Assembly: GCA_963795855.1 (NCBI GenBank)
Contig: CAWCIZ010000003.1
Coordinates: forward strand, 832,001-896,000
DNA from: Vulcanimicrobiota bacterium
GTDB lineage: Bacteria; Vulcanimicrobiota; Vulcanimicrobiia; Vulcanimicrobiales; Vulcanimicrobiaceae
Direction: 5' to 3'
Length of the DNA stretch: 64,000 bases
Shown here: positions 43,877-53,938 of the stretch, in pieces
Numbering within the stretch: position 1 is the stretch's first letter
Layout: every line of letters begins with the position of its first letter
Notes under the pieces: generated by a model
Database searches by the model: none
The model's input: the letters and a program-made list of their open reading frames with translations, nothing else
Told to the model about the DNA's origin: nothing
Translations under genes and position numbers: made by a program

Positions 43877-45383
43877 GCGCATCAAAGCGATCAAACTCAT
43901 TCGACCGCATTTCAGGTATTTATGAGCCGTTGTACGATATGGCGCGACGGCTTGTTCCGGTTGAGAGGCTTGTGTGGCGCGTGCCATCAGTCTCAGGCGG
44001 ACGGCTCAAGAGCCTTAACTGGGGCCGTTTCCCGCAGATCCCGCGCTACATAGCCGAAGCGATTGTCGCCTACATGCGACATAGTGTCGCAACGAAATCA
44101 CCGGACCACTGCCTGGGCACGTTCAATAGTCTCGTGCAATTCGCCGAAACAATGGTGACGCAGAGCGACCATCATGAGATGCGAACTCTGCTTCTGCTGC
44201 ATTTGGCGCGCATACGTGGTATCGCTCAGGAGTGGCGTTACCACTACGTGCGCGATTGGTATAGATGGTGCTTCGACCAGAACATTTCCGGGCTCGACGA
44301 ACCAGAACTACTGTACGAGTGTGGTCTCGCTCCGAATTCCCGGCAACCGCAAGGGCGAAGCCGGTGCTTTCCGAAGACCCGGACGATGGTCCGCTGGACG
44401 AGATCGAAGAAATTGCGTTACGCGCTGCCCTTCAACGCGATAGCGACTCACTTGTGGAGCGCACGCTGACCTGGATGTTCTTGGCTTTGGGCTGCAATCC
44501 AAAGAATCTGGTTCATTTGCAAGAGAGCGACCTCACATCGATCACAAGCGAGCAGCATACGTATTTCACCCTCAGCGTTCCGCGTATCAAGAAAGGCGTG
44601 CCACCGCGGGCAGTACTGAAGCCGCGCAAGATGGATGCGTTTCTCGCGGAACTGCTCAGACAGCTTATCGAGCGCAACGCGACACTGAACATTCCCGAAG
44701 GCTTTTCAAGGCCGCTTTTTGCCCGTGCGACGCCGCGGCGGGATTGCGTCGGCACCGATATCGAACACTACGCGTATCACTTTACATCACATGATCTCAG
44801 AACGATTCTTGCATCCTACGTGGAGCGCCTAAACGTTATCTCGCATCGCACAGGGCGACCACTGCGAATTACACCAAGGCGATTACGTTACACGTTCGCC
44901 ACGCGAAAGGTCCAAGAGGGTTGCTCAATGGAGGCGTTGGCGGACCTCCTCGATCACTCAGACCTTCAGAATGTGATCGTTTATGACGCGGGTACGTCGA
45001 TGGCCAAGCACCTGGACGAGGCACTTGCAGTGTCGCTTGGGCCGCTGGTGAACCGGTTCATGGGGCGGGTCGTAGCGCGTGAATCCCAGGCGTTCAATGG
45101 CGGCGGGCGCATTAAGGCCGACACCATGGGGCGCATTAAAAACATTGGCACGTGTGGCAGCACATCGCTGTGCACGCTCTTTCCACCATTCTCGTGCTAC
45201 CTTTGTCCCGTTTTTCAACCGTGGCGCAATGCACCCCATCGTGAAGTGTTGGCGGATCTGATTAAGCAGCGCGATGCGCGAGTCCAGGTGAGTGGACGTG
45301 TCGACGATCGCATCGCGAAACAGTACGATGAGATTATCCTTGCCGTCGGCCAGGTTGTGGCGCAATGTGAGGGTGCTGCATGA
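43873..45383 (+). CDS. Tyrosine recombinase-like protein 2 of island 2 (frameshifted)
   Basis: LGCNPKNL, VPRIKK, TPRRLRYTFAT, LDHSDLQNVIVY, Cys cluster GTC...C...CYLC. Confidence 0.85.
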
Positions 45384-47292
45384 GACTTGCATCCGCAGCC
45401 TTACATGAGCCCAGAAAGCAGCTTGAGGCGTTTATCGACAAGATGCGTGCGGCAGCGCCCTTTGGCAAGGTTGACTGGGATAACGCTATGTGGGACCTAC
45501 GGACTGTCTTACGCGGGCGGGTAAGCGTCTTCACAAGCGGACGCGCGAGGTGTTGTGGTTCACCGAGCATAGGCCGACCGGAGCGACGCCGGCAGTCCGC
45601 TTTTGCTGCGCCGTTCGTAGACTTTGCAAAGGCGATAATATGTGCGCGGCATTTAAGATCTGCGCAGACCATTGGCGCGCATCGCGTTTCAGTACGGGCA
45701 GAGCGCTATCTGTACGACGCGCTTAGAAAGGACGGTCTGCTGAGATCCGTGTTCCCTGCAGCACCGCCATTTCGTGTGGGCGGAAGATGCTGCGAGGAGA
45801 CGCGAAAAAATCAGCAGCGCATACCGCGTGAGTCAACGGCTGGAGGAAATTGCAAAGTCTCGTCGACCAGCACGCCATCTCAGGGCTGCGCATACAGTTC
45901 CGCTCGTCGATCCCGAAAAGTGAAACAGTCTGTCATTGTCAGCAAGATGCCCACACGGGAAACGCTTGAGGCACTCGCCGACATTTCGGCATCGAACGAC
46001 GTGTATAACGAGCGTGGAACGTTGATTTGCATGCGCATTGTCGATATTCTTGCCGCGACCGGCTTTCGCATAGGTGAAGCGCTGACGTTACCTTCCAGCC
46101 CGATCGTTCGGCGCGGCGATAACATTGGGCTTCGTTATTGGCCGGAAAAAGGCGGACAGCTACGCATAAAAACCATCAGTTCCGTGCACCGTGATCTGGT
46201 TGAACGTGCCGTCGCTGATTTGACGGAGGCATGCGCGGAGGCCCGTCGTCTGGCTCGATGGTGCGAGGAGAACCCTAGTCGGGTGGCACTTCCTAAAGGG
46301 CTGCCAGAAAACATGACTTCTGCGGATTTTGCCACGCTCTCGCTGGATGACAACCCATCGCAATGGCTTCGCGTTCACAAAGTTCCGTACCGGCGGCAAG
46401 ATAGGAAGATCGCCTTTGCCCGAAAAGACCTAGAACGTGCGCTCGATTGCGCTGCGCGATAATCGCCCACTGGTCCGTACAACGTACGGACAACAGCACT
46501 TGTCGAAATCGCTTATCGTGGTGTTTCTGAACGAGATGCATGCGAAGCGCAAGACGAATAGGTTTGTCTCCATCGGCGTATCATGGTCGGTAATATCCGA
46601 CTTCCTCGGTGGGCGGGAAGAGCATGGATATCGCGGTGTCTTCAGCCGGTTCAACGTGCGCGATGAATCGGGCGACTTCCATCGGATTACCACGCACCAG
46701 TTTCGGCATTGGCTCAGCACCATGGCAAAACGTGGCGGCTTGTCAGAGGTCGAACCCGCGCGGTGGATGGGGCGGCGACGTCTTGCCGACAATCGTGCGT
46801 ACGATCATCGAACGCAACCTGAACGCGCTGAAGAGGCGCGCGCACTGATCCGCGACGGTCGCGCAGCAGGTCCCGTTGTTGACACGTATAGGTCTCTTCC
46901 ACCGGCTGATGGTGACGCGTTTCTCGACGCACACGTTAACGCGGTTCTGACCACGCCGTATGGAATGTGCTTACATGACTACGGACAGGGGCCTTGCGAG
47001 AGGCACTTTTCGTGCGCCGGTTGCGGAGAGTCGCTTCGCCGAAAAGGTGATCCGGAAGAGCGTGCTGCCCTCATAGCAACGCTCGGACGCACTCGCAAGG
47101 CGTTGGACGCAGGTGAAGGTCGAGGCTGCCGACGGCACGTACGGCGCATCAAATTGGATCGCGCGAAATCATGGCCTGGAGATTGATTTAATTACGATGT
47201 TAGCCGTTGACGATGACAATGCGCATAGCCACGGAGATCGAGTGCGTATTTGGCCACAAAACAGTAGGAAGCGGGACAATCATGGCTCCTAG
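45380..47292 (+). CDS. Tyrosine recombinase 3 of island 2 (frameshifted)
   Basis: TGFRIGEALTLP, EKGG, THQFRHWLST, WMGR...NRAYDH, GMCLHDY...PC...CAGC. Confidence 0.85.
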
Positions 47293-47740
47293 ACGCCGGC
47301 GTAGAGTGCCGAAAATGTCAGCGGAGGACAAGCAGCGGGTGTTCCACGAGTGGACGCGTGGTGCCGGCACGAGCGCAAAGGACGCCTCACGTGGGCGCGG
47401 CTTGAAGAGATATCGGGATTTACGCGTCAGGCGCTATCAAGTCATTCGGATATTGTTGAGCAATACGGCGTCGCCAAAGCTATCAACCGGCCTGACAAAA
47501 CGCGTACTCCGTTACCAAAAACGACTGACCAACGCGTACTCGACTCGCAGTGCGAGGTTGAGCGTTTAAAATCGATCATCAACCGTTACGACGAGCGATG
47601 GGCGACATATGCGCGCAATGCCCGCCCTACTCGGATATGACTTGGAGCGCTTGGAGGAGCCCCTTACGCCACCCGGACGCGCAGATTTACGGGTAGCGCG
47701 GCCTCCTGTGCAGAAGCGAGGCGGCCATGGGCGTCTTTGA
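47282..47740 (+). CDS. Small HTH/coiled-coil accessory protein (TnpC-like; frameshifted)
   Basis: GRLTWARLEE...FTRQALSSH, coiled coil, LEEPL tail; fourth gene of the module. Confidence 0.7.
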
Positions 47741-48021
47741 TGGACGGGGATTTTCGTGTCGTCGAGTGGTCGAACAGCGGCAGCCTGTCTTGGAGGTGTA
47801 TCACGAGAGTGATGGCGACTGGCAGCTCCTTTGCGGGGGTAACGAACACGAGGACGACAGTCAAATTCTATTGCTACATCCCGCCCACTTGGTCGAGAAA
47901 GATAGTGCGCTCGCACAGGCTTGCGGATTTGCCCCTTGGCTTCGTCGCTACGCGCACTTCACCGAACGAGCCATGGAAGTGCGCGCCGATCGAGGACGAG
48001 GACGATGAGGAAGAAGAGTGA
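47727..48021 (+). CDS. Small hypothetical protein (DUF2185-like; frameshifted)
   Basis: PVLEVYHESDGDWQLLCG...ADLPLGFVATR...W. Confidence 0.55.
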
Positions 48022-48054
48022 GAGCCGAGAGACGCTATTCCAGTTTACCGCGAA

Positions 48055-48816
48055 ATGCTTGCAGAACGGCCAAACGATCCGGTACTTTGGTTCGATCTCG
48101 GTCTCGCGTACAAACGACTCAAAGATTGGAGTTCGTGTGTTGAGGCGAACTCGAAGGCGCTTGAAATCTCGCAGAGCGCCGGCGATCCGGCTTGGTGGAA
48201 TCTCGGTATAGCAGCGACTGCTCTCAGAAACTGGGATCTTGCACGAAAGGCTTGGCGCGGATACGGCCTGGAGATCGATGACGGCCCAGGGCCCGTAGTC
48301 TGTGACTACGGTTCTACGCCCGTTCGTTTACCAAACGACGAAATTGTATGGGGACCTCGAATCGATCCGGCCCGCGTAATCGTAAGAAACATTCCATTTC
48401 CTGAGAGCGGCTTTCGGTGGGGTGATATCGTTCTCCACGATGGTGCTCCCAATGGTGAGCGCGAAATGAATGGCACGGTGTATTCGGTATTCGATGTACT
48501 TGAACGCTGGAGTCCGTCAGAGATTCCAACACTAGGCGTTGACGTGCACTGCGATTCCATCGAAGATTCCAAGGATTTAATCCGCGCATTTGAATCCCAC
48601 GACTTCGGTGCGGAGGACTGGTCTACAAATGTCCGCTATATCTGCAAGGACTGCAGTGAAGGCCGCCCAGGGCATAATCACGTCCCCCGTGACCCTGGAC
48701 CGAAAAGGTCGTTCGCTTTGGCGAGCCCCATGGGCGCTGCGTTGCAGTTTCTACAAGAATGGTGCGCGGCGTCTCCACACTCCCGCCGATTCTCCAAGCC
48801 CGTACCCATCGGCTGA
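48055..48816 (+). CDS. TPR-containing protein
   Basis: WFDLGLAYK, WWNLGIAATAL TPR motifs; GDIVLHDGAP; CKDC. Confidence 0.8.
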   Translation: MLAERPNDPVLWFDLGLAYKRLKDWSSCVEANSKALEISQSAGDPAWWNLGIAATALRNWDLARKAWRGYGLEIDDGPGPVVCDYGSTPVRLPNDEIVWGPRIDPARVIVRNIPFPESGFRWGDIVLHDGAPNGEREMNGTVYSVFDVLERWSPSEIPTLGVDVHCDSIEDSKDLIRAFESHDFGAEDWSTNVRYICKDCSEGRPGHNHVPRDPGPKRSFALASPMGAALQFLQEWCAASPHSRRFSKPVPIG

Positions 48817-48854
48817 GGGACGTTGAGTAAGTTGACAAAAATGCTCTACAGAAC

Positions 48855-48976
48855 CGTTTTAGCGTTTTAGCATTTTAGCGTTCTAGCGTTTCAGCGTTCG
48901 AAAAGTGGAAATGATCCGTCGCGACCAATAAAATGTGCGAAAAACGTCCTGTGTTTGCAGGGCGTTTTTGCATTTT
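48855..48976 (+). repeat. Six 8-bp tandem units plus hairpin (copy A)
   Basis: CGTTTTAG CGTTTTAG CATTTTAG CGTTCTAG CGTTTCAG CGTTCGAA; then AAAAACGTCCT-N8-AGGGCGTTTTT. Confidence 0.85.
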
Positions 48977-49033
48977 CTATCGTAGGCGTGCAGTTAAATT
49001 CGCTACCGCCCAAGGTTCGGCGGCCCGCGTAAT

Positions 49034-49894
49034 TCACAGTCTTAAGACTCTTAGTCGTTTAGGGTCCGCAATCACGTCAAATCGCACGATGCGCTTGTCT
49101 GCGACTTGCAGAACGATGGCAAGCTTCAAATTACCTTCTGAGGAAATAACGATTCCCGGACTACCGTCAATTTGCGCGACCCGCCCGCGCAACGCGAAGG
49201 CACGGAAGCGAGCTGCATCCGACACGACGGCAGGCGCGCCTTCGACTCGCTGTGACGCGGCGGTGGGCAGAACTTGAGGATCCGCAATCCGTATCACGTT
49301 TGGGTCTAGCAGCGCCATAAGGCGGCCAGTATCCCCTTCCCGTGCAGCATGTAAAAATGCTTCCGCCACCTGGCGTGCGTTCGGATTGTCTTGGCGTACA
49401 ACGGGCGATCTTCGACGCACGCATGCGCGCGCCCGGCTTGCGAGTTTCTTTGCGGCCACAGGCGTGGTGTTGAGAATATGCGCGATCTCTTTAAACGGCA
49501 TTCCAAACGCGTCGTGGAGAACTACTGCAACGCGTTGAGGCGGAGTCAACTCCTCGAGAACGATCGTGAATGCCGTGACTAGCTCGGACGCAAGCAACGT
49601 TGTCTCTTCGGGCTGGCTTGCGTCAGGGGTTGCAATCTGCGGCAACTCACGCTCCTCTTCCGGAATCTCGCGCCGTCTACGTAAGACGTCAACGCAAATC
49701 CGCGCGGCGACGGTAGTCAACCATGCCGGCAGATTTTTGATCGTCGTTGTGTTGGTGCGATCGTATTTGATCCAGGTCTCCTGGACGACGTCTTCGGCTT
49801 CTGTTTGCGAGCCGAGGATCCGGAACGCGACACAAAGTAAATGCCGCCGTTCCACCTCAAAATGCCGCAGCCGTTCCTCTTCTAATCGTTGCAC
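49034..49894 (-). CDS. ECF41-type sigma factor with SnoaL-like C-terminal extension
   Basis: AFRILGSQTEAEDVVQETW, WLTTVAARICVD, LASRAR, IADPKRL. Confidence 0.88.
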   Translation of the reverse strand: MQRLEEERLRHFEVERRHLLCVAFRILGSQTEAEDVVQETWIKYDRTNTTTIKNLPAWLTTVAARICVDVLRRRREIPEEERELPQIATPDASQPEETTLLASELVTAFTIVLEELTPPQRVAVVLHDAFGMPFKEIAHILNTTPVAAKKLASRARACVRRRSPVVRQDNPNARQVAEAFLHAAREGDTGRLMALLDPNVIRIADPQVLPTAASQRVEGAPAVVSDAARFRAFALRGRVAQIDGSPGIVISSEGNLKLAIVLQVADKRIVRFDVIADPKRLRVLRL

Positions 49895-50247
49895 TACGTC
49901 AATATCGACAATGCCAGCGACGTTCCAGCCAAGGCGAGGAAGAGACCGGGAAACGCGACGTTGTACAGCACACCTGCGCGAATGTGGAACGCGATGGCCC
50001 CGATGAAAAAGACTACTAAGCCCGCAGCCGCCGCCGTTCCGATCGCGGGAACCCCGAGAAGACCCGCAACGAGCCCGAAGGCGCCCGCCGCCTTTAAAAC
50101 AGCGAGCGTGGGAATCCACGAAGGCGGCACGCCGACTTCATCCGATGTCTTGAGTACGAACGGAGCCTTCGCCAGATCAGCAAGACACGCACCCACGTTT
50201 GCGAGAACTGTGAGACCTCCAACGGCCATGTAAAGCTGGTTCATCAT
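49894..50247 (-). CDS. DoxX-family membrane protein
   Basis: LKAAGAFGL...IGTAAAAGLVVFFIGAIAFHIR. Confidence 0.85.
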   Translation of the reverse strand: MMNQLYMAVGGLTVLANVGACLADLAKAPFVLKTSDEVGVPPSWIPTLAVLKAAGAFGLVAGLLGVPAIGTAAAAGLVVFFIGAIAFHIRAGVLYNVAFPGLFLALAGTSLALSILT

Positions 50248-50254
50248 GGCATAT

Positions 50255-50281
50255 GACGGCAAGTGGCGGCAAAAGGTGACC
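50255..50281 (-). promoter_or_regulatory. ECF41-type promoter
   Basis: GGTCACC-N16-CGTC (ECF41 consensus TGTCACA-N16-CGTC), 7 nt before the doxX ATG. Confidence 0.7.
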
Positions 50282-50506
50282 TGGGCGAGGAAAGACTCCG
50301 GACACCCCTCCTAGGACACGAACTCGAATTTGCTCCATGGAGGTTCCGTACGACCTACGGCCATTCGCTTGCGATTCCAATAGTGACCGTTTACTGGTGA
50401 GATCCGGCTCTTCCGGGCACAAAGCTCGCCTTAGTCACCAGTTAATGTGAAATGCGAGCAGAAACTACCAATTAGCGTGAAACTCTTCTAAAAGGTGAGG
50501 CAACGC

Positions 50507-50605
50507 CGTTTTAGCGTTCTGACGTTCTGAGGTTCTGACGTTTTCGCGTTGTAATATCACCGAATACACGAAAAAAAACGCCCCCTTACGTTCGGGGCGT
50601 TTTTT
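50507..50605 (+). repeat. Six 8-bp tandem units plus hairpin (copy B)
   Basis: CGTTTTAG CGTTCTGA CGTTCTGA GGTTCTGA CGTTTTCG CGTTGTAA; then AAAAAACGCCCC-N9-GGGGCGTTTTTT. Confidence 0.85.
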
Positions 50606-50617
50606 GTCGCTTGATAC

Positions 50618-50800
50618 TCATTGTGGCTCGGCCCGACGGATAGCGCGAAGCTCTTCCAGAATGGAATCGAGTGTCTTTGTGATTCTGTCGTTTGACGCGC
50701 CGTCCGAAGACATCGAGTCCAACGCCAATCCGACGCCGTGCGCGAATTGCCCGAGCGCATCCACTTCGTCTGGTGCGTATGCTTGGCCGCCGGCTCGCTT
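50618..50800 (-). pseudogene. 3' fragment of a membrane GAF-domain gene
   Basis: KRAGGQAYAPDEVDALGQFAHGVGLALD...*, homologous to the 56134-56500 fragment. Confidence 0.7.
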
Positions 50801-50871
50801 GACGTTCTAGCGTCTCGATTGCCCAATAGTAAAAAGCCCTGTTTACGGGCTTTTTACTTTGTGGCTGTGGG

Positions 50872-52388
50872 TTAGTGCGATGTCGCTAATAACGCACGGA
50901 GCTCTGCATTCTCCACATGATCAAATGCGGCGCACGCGCGATCGATCAGATCGACTAGATGCTGCTCTTCAATCGGATCGATTTTGCTGTGATCGGTGTG
51001 CGCACCGTAGAGCACGAATCCCGCCATCTGCTCCCGCACGACCAACGGGATGGCAACGACTGGCGCATGGCTGCCATGCGGAACGTCGGTGCGTAACCAG
51101 CGCGCCTCGCGAATTTGGAGCGGTGAACGCGCGGAGCGTAAGAAACGCACGAGCTGATCGTCCGCTTCCAGGCGGGCGGCATCCGCCTGATGCCAACCGG
51201 CAGCAGCAACACGAGCGTATTCACTACTGCCGTTACGGCGAAATAATGCCGCCGACGCCAGTCCCAAAGCTTCGGGCGCCTGAATCGCAAGGGCTTCCTC
51301 GATTATGCGTTCATTCGAAGCTAGAGCCAGTGAGGCCCCTAGGCGGCGCAGGTATCGAGCTGCGTCGTAGCGCGAACGAAACAACGTTCGCTCCACGACG
51401 GTCTCGATGCGCCGATGCACCGTATTCATGACGAGCGCAAGCAGGATTGTCGCAATCGCCTGCAACGCAAGCGCCGTTCCGGTCTCTGTAAGGTAGTGTT
51501 CGATGAGCCAGTCGACGCCCGCTATTGAGGCACCGAGTGAGACTGCTGTTGCAGCGAAAACCGTTGACTCGATTCAGTACGAAAATTGGATCAATGTCAC
51601 TGCTCTTGACAAGTGCATACGCAGTGCACGCCGGGAATTATGGCAATTGCTGCCGCTCCGAATCCCGCCCACAATCCAAATGCGGTTTCGTACCCCACAA
51701 TAGGAACGCGAACGGCGATCAAAAACATTGCATACACGAGGTAGCATAGGCCGAGGACCATTCCGAAAAGCGCCAGCCGAATCTGCATCTGCATGCGGCC
51801 CGCGCCCTCGCGATGACGGGCGATGAGAATGCCTGCTGCAATCAGCAGCGACGCCGCGGAGAAATACGCCATCACCGACTCGCCCCAAAAGCTGCCGTGG
51901 AGCGTTTTCGGATATTCGTACACCTCATTCGCGATGAGAAAGCTTTCAGCGGCAATGGCCACCGCAAACGCGATGCGGTCGGCACGAACGCGCCATCCTA
52001 GCACGCTATCGTCCGGGAAGCGAAGGGCAAAAATGATTAATGCCGGCCAAAAGCCGTTATGCGTCAAAAGCGTAGAGATCAAATGAATCGCGTCGCTGGC
52101 GGACGTCGATATTGGTAGGCCTCCCAGGAACGAGTCGGCGGAGTTTAGCGACGCTAAGAACAGTGAAAACGTCATCCATCCCGGACGAACAGTGACAAGC
52201 CACGCGGCGATTACGATTGCGCACGCGGCGAATGTCGCGTCCGTTACGCCGTAGAAGCCTAAAAACTTCTGCGCCAGCGTAACGTGGCCGTGATCGTAGG
52301 CAAAGAGCGCTATTTGATTAGCGATCTGAGTCGAGATAACAACTGCCCCCAGGAACCACGAAATAAGCGGCAGCAGGCGCTTCGACAT
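50872..52388 (-). CDS. Multi-TM protein with C-terminal GAF-like domain (frameshift near 51600)
   Basis: FALRFP TM region; VERTLFRSRY; GFVLYGAHTDHSKIDPIE. Confidence 0.75.
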
Positions 52389-52691
52389 GGCGTAGTCTTC
52401 GCGTCGGCTTTCCGATCTACATCGCGTCGGGCTGACAGGGGCCCAAGGTCCTCTCGAAAGGACGCGGTAGTTAAGGTGAAATCCCCCGAAGACCGCTAGT
52501 TCGGGCGAAATTCGCCTAAAAGGTGAGACAACACCGTTCTTGTGGTTGGCGCGAGTTCGAGGCGAGATGGGGGGCCGTTTTGGCCGGAAATCCACAATTA
52601 TCCATGGCCGAGATTCCGGCCGCGGGCGCTAGCGACGAACGCTTCGCTCATGGTGGTTAGGGTCGTTCCATAAAAACCAGTGCGATTTGGC

Positions 52692-52718
52692 GCAAACAAT
52701 ACTGCCTCGGCCGGCGTC
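52692..52718 (+). promoter_or_regulatory. ECF-type autoregulatory promoter
   Basis: GCAAAC-N17-CGTC, 9 nt before the sigma ATG. Confidence 0.55.
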
Positions 52719-52727
52719 TTTTAAAGT

Positions 52728-53291
52728 ATGGACGATAGGGCGTCGCTCTGCGACTTAGCGAGAGCGGCTTTAAGCGGAGAGCAACAGGCTTACGAGGCGC
52801 TGGTTCGCGACCTCTGGCCAAACGCATATCGTATCGCATGGTCGATCCTCGGAGACCGTTGCGCGGCTGAAGATGCCGCGCAATCCGCATGCGCCGCAAT
52901 TTGCGCCAAGCTCGGCGACCTTTCCGACGTACGCGCTTTTGTCGGGTGGTCGTATCGGATCATCGTATCGCATGCGCGCGATCATGCGCGCGCCAGATCG
53001 CGCCGTGAGCGGCGAGAAACGATCGGTTACGAAACGGCCGTCGCCGTCGCAACGCACGAAGACCCAACGACGCAGCTCGACCTTGAAGCTGCCATCGGCA
53101 AGTTGCCTGAACCGCTGCGGCTTGCACTTGAACTCCATTATTTCATCGGTCTGACAACGAGCGAGGTTGGCCTCGCACTGGGTGTACCCGCCGCGTCGGT
53201 GCGCTTTCGGTTAATGATTGCGCGCCGTCGTTTGCGTCCGCTCCTCTACGATTTAACGATGCACTCATCGGCACGGGAGACTTTATCATGA
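52728..53291 (+). CDS. ECF sigma-70 factor
   Basis: AEDAAQ, FVGWSYRI (region 2); LPEPLR...EVGLALGVPAASVRFRL (region 4). Confidence 0.9.
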   Translation: MDDRASLCDLARAALSGEQQAYEALVRDLWPNAYRIAWSILGDRCAAEDAAQSACAAICAKLGDLSDVRAFVGWSYRIIVSHARDHARARSRRERRETIGYETAVAVATHEDPTTQLDLEAAIGKLPEPLRLALELHYFIGLTTSEVGLALGVPAASVRFRLMIARRRLRPLLYDLTMHSSARETLS

Positions 53292-53938
53292 ATGTCGATC
53301 AAAAAATCGAAGCTGCGCTGCAACGGCGATTTACGCGCGCCGCCGTTCCACAATGCCCGCAAAGCGCGTGGAGTGCAACGACGTCCGCACCCGTTCGGCA
53401 ACGTCCTCGATCGCGCAGTTTCGCCTACGCATGCGCAGCACTTGTTATTCTTATAAGCGGCGGCGTTGCAGCGCAAGCCTCAGGTGCTTTAGGCGCCGAG
53501 TACGCGCATCTTTTTACTTTCAATGGCTCGTCAAAACCGTTACCGCCGCTCATCCACCGTGCGGATCGGTTCACCATGGCGCAAGCGCAACAGCGCATGC
53601 CGTTTTCTATTGTCACACCGGTTGGATTGCCGCCGGAGACGACATTTCAGTACGCGCACGTAATTAGCGAACACCCCCTTCCGCGCGTTTCGCTGGTTTA
53701 CCAAACGCAGATCGGCCCTCGGTATTATCGTATCATCGTTAACGAGACCACGGAGGCCAGCGGCCCAGCCGTCGCTCACGCTGAGGCAGAATTTAAAGGA
53801 AATGATGGCCGCATGCGTCATGAAACGTGGACGATTCCCATGCGCCGTTGGAAGCATGGAGCAATCTTCATGGAGATGGTGACGCCGGGACTACCTGGGG
53901 CAATAGTCGATCGGATCGTTCGCGAAAACACGCTCTAG
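53288..53938 (+). CDS. Putative membrane anti-sigma factor
   Basis: ATGA overlap with sigma gene; single TM; extracytoplasmic domain. Confidence 0.7.
   Translation: MNVDQKIEAALQRRFTRAAVPQCPQSAWSATTSAPVRQRPRSRSFAYACAALVILISGGVAAQASGALGAEYAHLFTFNGSSKPLPPLIHRADRFTMAQAQQRMPFSIVTPVGLPPETTFQYAHVISEHPLPRVSLVYQTQIGPRYYRIIVNETTEASGPAVAHAEAEFKGNDGRMRHETWTIPMRRWKHGAIFMEMVTPGLPGAIVDRIVRENTL

Noticed and set aside
48855..50554. CRISPR array
   Set aside because: Units are 8 bp with no unique spacers, and no cas genes are seen
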